Below are positions 1 to 13,526 of a stretch of 64,000 bases of DNA, piece after piece (position 1 is the first letter of the stretch; every line of letters begins with the position of its first letter). Made by a program: the position numbers and the translations under genes. The notes below the pieces were generated by a model. That model saw nothing but the letters and a program-made list of their open reading frames with translations. It was not told the origin of the DNA and ran no database searches. Source of the stretch: Chrysomallon squamiferum (taxonomy: Eukaryota; Animalia; Mollusca); NCBI GenBank assembly GCA_012295275.1, contig CM022669.1, forward strand, positions 16,740,001-16,804,000. The letters are read 5' to 3'.

Positions 1-145
1 GAATCATTACCATGGTCAAGTACACTTGATTAAATAGACCAGTGATGGAAGGTGACAGGCAGTAATTGCATTGAGTTAGGTGAACACGCAAATGGAATAG
101 GGAAAACGGTGCCGGGGAAATGCCTTTCACTATGGTGTACAAAAG

Positions 146-397
<252 letters not shown>

Positions 398-3300
398 CCT
401 CCGTCCCTCCCTCCCTCATTCTCTCTCTTACTCCATATTTTATTTAGATTATTTTTTTTTCTTCCAAAATGCGTCTGTTTGTCTGTCTGTCTGTTAGGCA
501 GCTATAACACTAATCACACAGTCAGCAGGGCGGAGTCTTTATCTCGACCCGCATCTCTGACAATCACCTTCATTTAAAACGCACCACAAAAAAAGCGTAT
601 TGTTTCCCAGCGTAAAATTGCTGCAGACCGGCTATTAACAGCAGTTGTGAATAACGGTCCCTAGCAAGTAAATACCCCGAGTTTCACATTTAGCATTTTG
701 AAAGCGCTCTCAGTCACGTACTAATTACACACAGCGTGGCCGCGCTGGCGTTCCAGTAATAATGGTCTTTGAAGCCAAGTACACTACACTACTACTCATC
801 GATTGGGTTCCACGAAGAAACGACGACGTGTTTACGACCATCTGGTTAGAAAAGTCCCCCCCCCGTGTACGTGTACGTGGTGGTGTCGTTTGAAAACATT
901 TTTCTTTTTTTTTTTTCGTTCCAGGGACTTTTTGTCAAGCGTCAATATATTATTCATTTCATTTCTCGTGTTTATTTCCAATAATATCATGTTTTGTTGT
1001 TCGTGAAAATAGATGATCTTGGCATTTGTAACGGCAGTTCCAGGCTGGCGGTTATAAATGCAACTGTCAGAAAAGCGTTGGTATTTCGTCTTTTTGTTGG
1101 TTTTTGTTGTTTTTTTGTTATTGTTTTGTTGTTTTTTTCTTATGTTTTTTTTTTTGTTTTGTTGTTTTGGTTTTTATTTTTACTTTGTTTTGTTTTGATT
1201 ATTTCAAGATTTGGTTAAATTATCATAAGATACAGATATATATGAAAAAAAAATTAAAATTATATTATTTTTAAAATTTGTTTGTTATAGTCATTTCGCA
1301 TTATTATTATTATTATTGCCAACATAAATTCCTCTACTAATATATAGTTTTAGATGTCAGTGGCATTTATGAACTTGTACAAATGATTCTTTATGAATTA
1401 ATGTACTGAATATATTTCTAACAACAATACGGATTGAAGCTGGTACGTGAAGAGAGATCGACACGCAGAAACCACCTGTGACTGGAATAATATTTTCTCT
1501 AATCATCAACGATTATATTTCCAGCGTAAAATTTTTGTTCAACCCAGATAAGTAATGTGATTTCCCAACAACAATAATTTTGTTTTGCAAAATAGGTTTT
1601 ATGGCAAAATGCAAATGCACGAGGGAGCACATGGGATAAATATATGTATAAATATTTATTTAATAGCTCAGCAGTATATTTTATTATTGATGAATAGTCA
1701 GTTAGAGGTTTTGTGTAATGATGGCATTTCGTGGAAAAATTGATATAGCACGAAATTCTCTTACTGTTTAGCATCAAGGGATTTTTTTTATATGGTAATA
1801 TTGGAGCTGTTAAGACCACTGGATATATATTATTGAATACTTATAATTTAAAAAACAAAATGTCAAAAAAATAATAATAATAATAATAAAAATAAAAATA
1901 CAAATAAAAAAGAAACACTTGTCAAATACTGGAATATCTTTCAGAATTTTTTTTTCACGCTAATTTCTGCAACAATGATACATCATAAAATCTGCTTATA
2001 ATGTTAATTTAATATCTTGAGTAAAAAACAACAACAACAAATATATATATATATATTGTTATCGACAACAATAGCTGTAAATCATCTACAAATACTGTAA
2101 CTCCTACTACGAAGAAACAGTCGTTCTATGTAAAATAGCAATTTACACTTTCTGAAAATAACACACAGATGTTTAGCCAGGAGTTTGCACCTAACAGCCC
2201 AAAACAAAGAATTAGTGGACCATCACTAAATATTAATATGCTTGATCAGTAATGTCTATTGAAATTTATTATTATAATTACAAATCTATTTCGCTATATT
2301 CATCTGAACAAGAATTAATTGTCTCTAGAATATAGATGGAATTCAGTGCAAAGAAGTAAATGAATAATGTAATATAATATACAATAATAATAATAATAAT
2401 AATAATAAATAATAATAATAATAATAATAATAAATAATAATAAAATTATAATAATTATAATGAAACAGTAATAAAAACAAAAACATAATCGGCCTAATAA
2501 AGAAGAAGAAGAAGGAATTGATGATAATAATGATGATGATTACGACTAAGATGATGATGGATAACAATGACGATCATTTAGTCGAAGTGACTTAGAAAGG
2601 AAAATGTAATACGGCTCTTAACTTAGAAGTACAGAATTACTTGAATGCACTCAGCGACAAAAATCAAGGCAAAGCCGATCCCACATTCTTTCGATCGTAA
2701 TGAAGACAAGATGGAGCTAATGACAAAGAAATATTCGTTATTTTCTCGCTAGAATTATGACTGAAAATAATATCATCAGAACGATAAACGAGTAACAGGT
2801 GAGCATCTGCTCCCAGCAGAGTTCGTCGGAACGCCAGCCAATAACGGACGCTCCTTGGAACTTCAAAGTCGTTTTAACTCTTTAATGTTAACAGGATATA
2901 GCTCCGAACGAACGCCACCGTTTACTTACTGTTATGACACTTAAACGTGGATGTGAATTAGTTCCCGATTATTGATGCATGACTGAACTTGTTAATTGTT
3001 GTCCTTGTTTTTTAAAAAGTCGATTAGAGTTATCTCTCTTACTTGATAGACTGGTTATTGCTTTGCTGTTACGTTACAGAAACAACATTTCTTCTTCGTC
3101 GTCGTCGTCTTATTATTATTGTTGTTGTTATTTTATTATTATTATTATTATTGGTAGTAGTAGTAGTTGTAGAAGAAGTAGTAGTGCTAGTATACCAGTA
3201 GTAGTAGTAGTACATGGTACAGTTGTTCTTATCTACTGTATCTCTTCTACTTTTGGTAGCCTCATATTTAAAATAATAATAATAATAAATTATCTTCACG

Positions 3301-3837
3301 ATACATTAAAATGAAACCAGGCGACTTGCAAATTTTATAAACCGTTCCGACACGAAATCCTAAATGATTTTAATCTCGGTGTTAACACCGCACGGCTACA
3401 GGGTTAAAGTCAAACACGTACAATTATCACTCCCAAGTGTTGCTTATACAATACGTCTAACGTGTTCTGAAGGCACTGATAGCAAACGTAAACATAAACA
3501 CACAGCATGTGCAGATTCGATTACCGAGATCCAGCAGAAACTCTATCTGTAGCGCAGACTGGAGGAGAGAGAGGCCTGTAATATTTCTACTCATTACCAC
3601 GGCGACTTGGAAGACGTTTCCATGACGCACAAAAAAGCATGCCTGCATGTTGCCAGATTCGCTACATTCTCTTCTTATTTTTAGCCGCCTGATCAGAAAC
3701 ACATGGAAGTAATGACAAAGCGAAGAAGAGACCCAGCTCGTTACGCTTCTTTCGCTTAGATGGGACACTGTAGGGGCGTGTCTCGTTTGAGGATTCTGAC
3801 GATGTTGTGAAATATTCTGATAATGACGTCATCATCG

Positions 3838-4010
3838 TCTTATTATTATTATTGTTGTTGTTTGTTTTTGTTGTTGTTGATGTTGTTGATGTTGTTGTTG
3901 ATGTTGATGTTGATGTTGTTGTTGTTGTTGGTGGTGGTGTTGTTGACGTTGTTATTGTTGTTGGTGGTGATGATGGTGGTTGTGGTGGTATTGTTGGTGG
4001 TGGTTGCGGC
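3838..4010. repeat. Compound trinucleotide repeat (GTT/GAT/GGT)n
   Basis: Read directly; explains the overlapping low-complexity ORFs. Confidence 0.9.
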
Positions 4011-4444
4011 TGTGTCGGAGGTGATGTAATGTTGGACATGGTGATGATGGAGTTGTTGTTTTTTCCAGATTTAATACGTAGTTGTTGTTTTTTTTTGGTC
4101 TTTTTATGTTATTCCGAATAACAGGTTCTGATACCGGATAATCGCAATTCCTTAAATATAAGCGATGATTGTTTTTAGTTTCACTTACAATATATTATCT
4201 TTGAACGACAAGACTTTGTGGTAATTAAAACAGGAAATTAATTAATTAATTAATTAATTAGCTAATAAATAAATAAATAAGTTAAGAAAAAAATGAATAA
4301 ATAAAGATCGAAAAGAAATAAGAATTTTTTTTTCTCCAAATATACTTCTGTATCGAGCTATTGCTGGATACGCCAGAAACAACATTTGATTAGCGAATAA
4401 CAAGCCAGAGAATGCTACAATCTTCCTTCTCATCTGACAACGTG

Positions 4445-4500
4445 GTCTAGTGGCGGAATTCGATCCCACATCGTGCTGGCATTAAGCCAGATCAGATGAC
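4445..4500 (-). mobile_element. Possible SINE head remnant
   Basis: Minus strand GATGTGGGATCGAATTCCGCC is B-box-like and shares GTGGGATCGA with 20189-20198. Confidence 0.3.
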
Positions 4501-4702
4501 TACTGGTTTAGTAATGATAATTTCATATAGGGTTCATTGTAAGGGGGGAAAAAAAGGAAATATATATTTAAAAAAATAATAATAACAATAAAATAATGAA
4601 ATGAAATGAAATAAAAAAAAATAAAAAAAAATAAAAATAAAATAAAAATTAAGATAAAACAAAATAAAATAAAATATAATAAAAGATAATAAAATAAAAC
4701 AC

Positions 4703-4733
<31 letters not shown>

Positions 4734-4965
4734 ATTCACTCTGCAGTGCTTATAGGATATTAAATTTAACTATTTCTAGCATTATTTCAGAGACCATAAT
4801 GGTAAATGCCACAAAGTATTAAAAATAATTTTGACATTTACACAGCGACTGATTTAGAATTAAGAAAAAAAAATGTGACATTACAACTGTGATGTTTACA
4901 ACTTCAGTGATGAAAATAATATAATGAGTTTCGTTATTAAATAGAGGAAAATAATAACGAACATA

Positions 4966-5405
4966 TACTACTACTGCTGCTACTGCAACTACTGCAACTA
5001 CTGCTGCTGCTGCTGCTTCAGTTGCCACTACTACTACTACTATTTTGATTAGTACTGTTATTATTGCGGCTACTATCTGCTCGTGTTACTGTTACCATTA
5101 TTAGTATTACTACTACTACTACCTCTACTGCTACCACTACTACTACTACTAGTTCTATTAATAATAACGTCGAAGATGATGATGTTGATGATAATGACAA
5201 TGATAATAATAAATAAGATAATGATGAACACATATAATAATAATAATGATGATGATGATGACAATAATAATAATAATAATAATGATGATGATGACAATAA
5301 TAATAATAATAATGATGATGATGATGACAATAATAATAATAATAGTAATAATAATTCTAAAAAAAAAAAAAAATAATAATAATAATAATAACAACAACAA
5401 CAACA
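4966..5405. repeat. Compound trinucleotide repeat (CTA/CTG/AAT/GAT/AAC)n
   Basis: Read directly; includes a thrice-repeated (GAT)nGAC(AAT)n block. Confidence 0.9.
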
Positions 5406-6559
5406 GTAATAAGTATCTGTCAGCTAGACAATATTAGTAGCAGGGGGTAACGTCTGAATGTCTTATCTTTTCGATTATATCAGCGTGACGGTTGACAACT
5501 GAAAAGGCCAAAAGGGCATATTAATCCTGCAAATAGACGTAACACCAACGAAGTGTCATGAAGCCATTAAAAGACAAAGAGAAAACAAAAAAACAAAGAA
5601 AGAAAAAACAGAATTGCAAGGATGGAGGCAATCCATCATAATTGTTTTAGTCATGGGGATATATATTTTGTTTTGGAAAGTGCCAAACTGAAATTTAACC
5701 AAATGTCTTAATTATAGATGCCAGAACCTTGGAGCGGATTGGTTTCCATCAAATGTGTAAACTGATACAAAATTAGTTATCTCCGAATCGATATTCAGTG
5801 CTCTCGTTAAAGACAGTAAACGGTCATTACAATATTCAAGCACAGGAATGGAAACAAAAGAAAATGCAAATACTTTAGCTAGACACTTGGTTTATGATGC
5901 TGCTGCTGGTGATGTTGACTGTGATGCTGACGATGATACTGACGATCGTGTTGACTATTATACCGGCGATGGTGGTTAATGATCTTTAAGATAATTAAAG
6001 TCATTATTTTTTTGACTTGCTGAGCAACGCTGAAGAAACGGAATTGTCATTAATATTTAGCCATCAGTTAACACTTCCTTTGGCTGACCATCATTCAAAC
6101 TGCACAGACAATGTTGTTATGAGATTTATCGAAAACATTTCAAAAGTTTCATCAATATTTTATAAACATTTTCTTACTTTTTCCGCTCCATTAAATCTGA
6201 TTCAGAAAAAAAAAAAAAAAATAAGAAAAGTCTATTAATTTTCTTCTTCTTCTTCTTCTTTCTTTTTAAAATTTTTTTGTTTTCGCTTCAACAAAACAAT
6301 TTTATGAATCATGGAGCTGCCAAAAACGGCCATAGTTTCTTTTTCAATTCTTTTGCGAGATAGAATTAATAATCGCGCTTAAGCGAGTGAAAGACGTATC
6401 GTTTTACCAGCTAGCGAAAGACTGTTTCAACGAATTTATTTCTGCTCGCAGATAAATCCAGAACATATGTGTGTAGCCAAGACAACATATCTTGTACAAA
6501 CAACATACACGCAATTAACCAGTCAGAATCTACAACTGTCATGTTCGCCATATATTTCT

Positions 6560-6800
6560 AAGAACGCTCTGCGCTAATATCGAGTAATCCGTATGAAAGA
6601 AAATAAAATACTTCATTATATCCGGAGTTTGTTGTACCGGATACGTCGAATTTGTGTGGCCAGGAAATTAATAAAAGAGTTCGATGTATCCATAATTCGC
6701 AATATGCGGTTTGGTTATGTGTTCCACATGAAATAAACAGATTGTTCATAAAGTAATCTTTTGATGTATCCGGAATTTTCTATAAGCGACTTGGCTGTTA
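6560..6800. mobile_element. Possible decayed pogo/Tc1-type non-autonomous DNA transposon
   Basis: Repeated TTC..T(A/G)TATCC-type sub-terminal motifs and an end TATAAGCGACTTGGCTGTTA resembling ...CTGTA termini. No intact left TIR found. Confidence 0.35.
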
Positions 6801-6819
6801 GTTTTATGTGAAATGAATA

Positions 6820-7190
6820 GGTTGTTCATAAAATAATGTTTCGACTCTTAATCATCGAGCTTAGATCGTAGAATAACATTTCAAGACTTAATTCATTAAC
6901 TTAATTCGTGCAATAACATTTCGATTCTTGATTAACGAAGTAAATTCATAAACAACGTTTCGATTCTTAATCAACTAACTTACAAAAAAAAAAAAAAATA
7001 ATAATAATTAAAATTAAAAAAGAAAAACGTTTTGGACGCTTACTTCAAATAAGGATTCTTGGTCGATTTCAGCATTTCCACTGTTAATCAACTGATTTAA
7101 TTCATAAAATAACATTTTGGGCTTTTTCAGTAAACTAAGTTTGCTCATAAAATAACATCTGGACTCTTAATCAAATAAAGTACAAGCAAA
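6820..7190. repeat. Degenerate minisatellite, unit about 39 bp
   Basis: About 6-8 copies of an approximate consensus TTCATAAAATAACATTTCGACTCTTAATCAACTAACTTAA, interrupted by an A-rich tract near 6985-7025. Confidence 0.75.
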
Positions 7191-8918
7191 AAAACACAGT
7201 TCTGGACGTTTATTTCAGCTAAAGCAACTTGTTCGCGTTGTTTTATAAACCACTTTCATGTCTGAGCATAAAACTTTGTCAAAATTACTTAGTGTGATCG
7301 GCTACCCCTGTTTAAGACACTTAACTTCGGACGGAAATTGGTTCTGAACGTCATTAAGCAATGAAACCCTGTACTGATTTCACTGCTGTCATTAACCTAA
7401 CACATCAACTTTCATCTACTTGCCCAGGACAAATAAAAAAAAATAACCTGAACTCAACTTTACAGTCACACAAACTCGAATTATTGGCTTGCCACCATTT
7501 ATAGAAACAATCCCGTTTTGAAAGAAGCCACGACAGTGCGAAATATATCTCCGTTCTAGAATACTGTGTATTGCAATAACTATGTCCCCAAACAAAAACA
7601 AGCAGGTCGTTGGTCTAAACGACCGTAACCCACAGGGATCACATCGTGACACCCCGGCTAACAGGAGAGGAGGGGTAACGGAACGTGGTCCTATCATGAC
7701 ATCAACACTATGAAATTGTTTAATACAGGATGCTCGGCGGCGTTCTTCCTGAGTCGTTTTCTTTTTATGGGTGGTGCTATATAATCGTGGGTCGTGCTAA
7801 GATTATTGAAGTTTCGATTATCATGAGTGATATTTCATGTTCCATCATACACATCATTTAACTAAAGAATATTACAGATATTCATCTTATGGCATCAGAG
7901 ATAGTCTCCATAAAAAAGTGTTTTACAAAAAGCGTGAACAAACAAAATAACTGTCTAAGCAAAATAATAGCGATTATGAAGGAATAATCTAAACAAATTT
8001 TTGTTTGACGGACGGATTTAACTCTCTAACATTTCTGAGACTAAAAATAAACAACAAATTCAAACAGTTTTGTAATGTGCTAAAGAAAGAGGGATTAGGC
8101 GTTGCAGTATAGAATGATGTAATATGACGTGATGTAATATATGATACAATATGATACATAGGATACATGATACAAAATGATGTGATAAAAACTGATGCAA
8201 TATCTTATGATGTATGATAAAATATGATACGACATAATAGATGATACATTACAAAACAATACAATAATTTATAATGTAGAAAGATTAAATTCCGTATTTT
8301 TGTCAATTCTTCTTATTATTTTATTTTATTTATTTATTTATTTATTATTATTATTATTATTTATTTATTTATTTTAATTTTTTTTTAATTTTTTTTATTT
8401 CTCATCATGCCAGAGATGTCCTCGAAATGACCTAAATTTAACTTGACATTTGTTTTATTTACAAAATACTTCACTGCCGATGAACGTTAAGCACTGAATG
8501 TATTTTTACTCAGCTATTAATCACACGGAGCATTTTGCTAAATTTGTTTTGTGGTAAGTGTAACACAGATGGTAATTGATCTCTTTGCTATTTAGGAAAA
8601 CACACCGTGTGTTATGAATTATAAATGTCGTTTTTCCTGTCTTTGTGAAACTGCTGCTGGTGATAACTTACTGAAAGTGTATGTGAACACTACCACTGGC
8701 ACATACACACACACACACTAACAAAATTACAAGCACAGACCGCTCGTGTACTATTTGGTCATCATCCTTACAATTAAATGTTCTTAGTTACACGTATACA
8801 TATGGACACACACACAAATACACGGATGAATGGATGGATGGATAGATAGAAAGATAGATAGATAGACAGAGAGAAACATACATCCATACATACTTATATA
8901 TACATAAATACATACACA

Positions 8919-8960
<42 letters not shown>

Positions 8961-9216
8961 TATATGGTATAACATATGTACAGTCCATCAAGCTGATTTG
9001 ATTACTAAGAAATGACTTTGAAGAACGCTCTGATACTGAGATTCAGTCCGCTTCAAGACAAACTGCATCAGAATTCACTCATTCATTCATGTATATCGTA
9101 TCATCAGATTTTTTATGCACCATTAATGTCAGTCTAAATCAATTCTGTAATCGAAAAAGAAACATTATTTCCATTTTTCAGTGTTATAGGCTATCGCAGA
9201 GTCGTAAAGTTATACG

Positions 9217-9248
<32 letters not shown>

Positions 9249-10581
9249 TTCGTGATTTTTCAACAGGAATATCTGTTATTTAGAAGAAAAAATTAATAAT
9301 TAAAAAAGAAATATAAAAAAAGAAAAATGAAAGATAAAACGGAAAGTGAGAAAAAGAAAAAAGAAAAGGAAAGTAAAAACAAATAGAAAGACAGAAAGAA
9401 AATAAATAAATAAGATCTTAAGGATAAAGAAAAAACAAATAAAAATAAATCTTCACATGAAAATAAATTGGATACTTAACGTATTTTTAAATACAGAATA
9501 AAAGAAACTACACATTTTTCCTCTTCTTTTTTTTTTTTTTCTTTCAGTAATGTACGTACATACAGAAATAATAAGACAAAGTTATAAACATGCAGGAAGA
9601 ATAAAGAGATAATAAAACAGAATAAAATAAAATAATTAGTAATGTTCTATTATTTATTTGAACTAAAACAAGATGAAGTTTGTCAGTGGAGTTTCCTAAT
9701 GTACGTTATTTACATTCCACGTGTTATTTACTAACTAAGATCCGGCTGTTATTGCTTTCTCACTAATGAACAAACAAAAACTGCAATTTGTATGAATTCA
9801 GTTCATCACGATTAATAAACACTAGTATGAAGTGACTAAGTAAATATTTTTCCATAGATAGCAAATCTTCACTGATTTATTATTATTATTATTATTGTCA
9901 TTATAATCATCATTATTATCTTTGTTGTTTCTGTTGTTGCTGCTGTTGTTGTTGTTGTTGTTGTTGTTGTTTTTATGATGGTGATGATGTAAGTATTGAA
10001 TTATTGCTATTGTTATTGTTGTTGTTGTTGTTGTTTTGATGATGGTGATGATGTAAGAGTTGTATTGTTCTTGTTGTTGTTGTTTTCGTTGTGTGGGTTT
10101 TTTTCTGTTACTGGCGGAATGCAGCCTTTTTCTAGGAGCCAAACGACGCCCACATTTTAACTCTTTTTATCTGCCAAATAACAAATCTACAAACTATTTT
10201 TATATCTAATGATACAAGTACTCATCGGTTCCTATCAACTTTGGCATGGTCGCCAAACATTGTTCGTATGAAATAGTCTGCTTGCCAAAAGAAAATTGCT
10301 GGAAATGAAGTATTAAATTCTTGGACTAAAACCACTGTAATTTTTACGACTAGTCAGAGAAATAAAAGGTGCTCATGTGGCTACAGTTGTAGCAGAAACA
10401 TAGATTAACTTTCGCTCTCCTGTGTTTTAGAGGTAACGGGGAATTTGCATTTGAAACAGTTTCTTAAGAACTCATAAAACTGAAAAGTATTATACATTAA
10501 TGTTTGATGATGAGAATAATAATAATAGCGATAACGAAAATAATAATAAAAAATAATAATAATAATAATAATAGAATAAAA

Positions 10582-10582
10582 T

Positions 10583-10668
<86 letters not shown>
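10582..10668. repeat. (CT)n microsatellite
   Basis: Read directly. Confidence 0.95.
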
Positions 10669-10672
<4 letters not shown>

Positions 10673-11262
10673 ACAGTTTTAAAAACTATAATGTAATTGA
10701 AAACAAAAATTTGTAAACTTGAAAACAGAATATGAAGAAACTTAACTGCAATTAAGCCAGTTTAATACACGAACTGGTATAAACTCCTAATTGTTATATG
10801 AAAAATATTATAAATAACTGAACATCGACAAAGCTAATGAACAACATGTTTGCTTCCAACCCTGTCCCCAGCCGACAATAAAGGAAATAAAAAAAAAAAA
10901 AAAAAAATGTAGGAGAACACTTTTGAGCTAATCAAAAACAAAAATCAATATGACAACGCTTTCTCTCTATTTTTATTTTATTTTATTAATATTCATTTAT
11001 TTGTGTACGTAATTACGTAAATTGGTAGGAACAAGCTTCTTTAATCACGTTTAATAAAGAAAATTTAGTTTCCATAAGATTATATTAGCAATATTAATTT
11101 TGGTAGTTATTATCAGACCTATTTTATATTTTTTTTATTTTTTATTATTATTAATTTTTTTTTAAATAATAACATTCACTAAATCTTCTTTAATATTAAT
11201 CAGGGCATAATCAAAAGGATTATTATTATTATTATTATTATTATTATAATTATTCATATTCA

Positions 11263-11298
<36 letters not shown>

Positions 11299-11556
11299 TG
11301 TTGTTGTTGTTGTTTATATAGTAGTAGCTATTGTGACAGTTGTTGTTGTTACTGGCTCTTCCGATTGGAACTATTTCTCTTTGTAGCCAGTAATCAAGAT
11401 TTATTTTTTGCGTGTTGTTATTGTTGTTTTCTGTATCTCTTTTTCATCTTCTTCTTCTTTAAACCAACCACAGATAAGTACGTGTAAAACATCCCTTGAC
11501 TTAACTGACACGAGTAAACGCTGAAAAGGCGACAACTGCGTTTAAATCTTACATAA

Positions 11557-11594
<38 letters not shown>

Positions 11595-11846
11595 TGATGA
11601 TGATGATGATGATGATGGCCGACATTAAAATAACGGTTCATACAAATATACTGAGATGGCAATAAAATAAAGAGCTATTTGATTTGAAGTTGTTGCTGTT
11701 CTGTTAACTGTTTTATATGACCGAGCTCTGGTTGAACGTAAACGTTCAATGATGAGGATAGTTACGATTTTTTTAATTTTTTATTATTATTATTTTTTTT
11801 TTTTTATGTTTCTTGTTATTTATCTCAAAGACACTGTTATTGTATT

Positions 11847-11882
<36 letters not shown>

Positions 11883-12191
11883 TAGGATGGTGACGCTGTT
11901 GTTGTTATCGTCTTAGCAATATGTTTTGTTTTTGTCTGCGACGACAGCCACTTCAGAACTGGCGGTATACTTTTTACCTTTGATCAACATCATTTACGTC
12001 AGACGTTATCAACGGCGCGCAATAAAAACGCCTTCAGCAAACGTTTCCCATTAGTTTGTGTTTCGCTATTAAAATTCCGCCAAAGTTTAAGCGCACCAAC
12101 AAAAGCGAAAGGCTCGCTTTTCAAAAATTATTTATTAATGTTTAATTATACTTGTTTTTTTTTTTTTTGTTAAAGTGCTCACGAAGAATTG

Positions 12192-12232
<41 letters not shown>

Positions 12233-12786
12233 GTTATTGTTATTGTTATTGTTGTTGTTGTTGTTGTTGTTGATATTATAGTTATTGTTGTCGTTGTTGT
12301 TGTTGCTGCTGTTGCTGCTGATATTGTCATTATTGCTGTAGTTATTAGTATTTTGAGCAAAAAATGTAATAATAATAAATACAATAATATATACATTTAA
12401 TTTCTCAAATAGTAACTTTTCTTTAGTTTAACCAAGAAACTGTTTTTTGTTTCTACACGTAACGTGAGTCCAGAACAGTATATCAACTTATTTAAAACAG
12501 CTAAACTTTAGAAACAAGATACTCGAGAAAACAACACATTAATAAAGACCTCACTGAAATTCAAATACAAAAATTCCAAAAGCCAAACCAATTGCAACAC
12601 GATTCCAACACAGGACACAGAAATACACGGGCCCTGACTGCACTAGATACAAATTCTGAGTCTGTTAGCAGTCACAATAATACGCTACAAACGGAAAAAT
12701 AATAATTATGAGGACACCGCCCAGCAATTAAGAGAAACGAACTTGCGACTTGACATAACAAATGTAAGAACGTGAAGCAAGCAAAA

Positions 12787-12798
12787 TATAATAATAAC

Positions 12799-12854
<56 letters not shown>

Positions 12855-12866
12855 CAACAACAACAA
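12787..12866. repeat. (AAT)n(AAC)n microsatellite
   Basis: Read directly. Confidence 0.95.
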
Positions 12867-13526
12867 CCTTCATTGGTATCGAAATAAAAAAATAAAACCA
12901 AAATAATCTGCAGTAGTCAAGTATAAACGTACAGATACTAACAGAAATAAAATACCAGCAGAGAAACCATCTGTCTCAAAATAAAAACACAAAATCTCAC
13001 GATGTTTGGATACAATCAAACAAACTAGCGATCTAGAACAAAGAGTGCTACGCTATAAGTCAAAAAAAAAAAAAAAAATGCTAGGCTCATCAGCCCAGCA
13101 TTCCACAACAGACTGACTGTGTTACAGTTTGGTAATGAAGTTTTCGGTTGTTGATGCTTTTTTGCCAGTGGGAAACAAGTTCATATTTTTGACGCTTCCA
13201 GGCTGTTTTAAAGATCTAATGAACTCTTTTAAGGTTTAAGTATAGTGCATTTCACTTCCAAACGATGCATAGTCTATAGGCATATAGAACGACAAATACA
13301 GCTGCATTATTTTAAGTATGTAAGTCGTACACGAATTTGTGTTACTCTTACTCGTTTTACTTATAAAAGAATAACGACGATGACGATAAAAAACAATAAT
13401 GTAACCAGTAAATGGTTAAGCTAATAATAATAATAATAATAATAATCATAAAAACAATAACAATAGTAACAATGACAGTAATAGTAACAATATTAATAAC
13501 AAACAAACAAAAAAAAACGTCCATAC

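Noticed and set aside
3457-4039. ORFs 3457-3768 and 3662-4039 as the next SK coding exon
   Set aside because: No similarity to KCNN S2-S6, pore or calmodulin-binding domain, and partly repeat-derived.
6820-7190. CRISPR-like array (period about 39 bp)
   Set aside because: Eukaryotic context, contiguous degenerate units without unique spacers, and no cas genes.
13446-13526. Hydrophobic C-terminal tail of the 324-aa ORF ([15 protein letters not shown]...) that looks like a second transmembrane helix
   Set aside because: It lies after the GT donor and is translated intronic (TTA/TTG)n repeat, not the KCNN S2.
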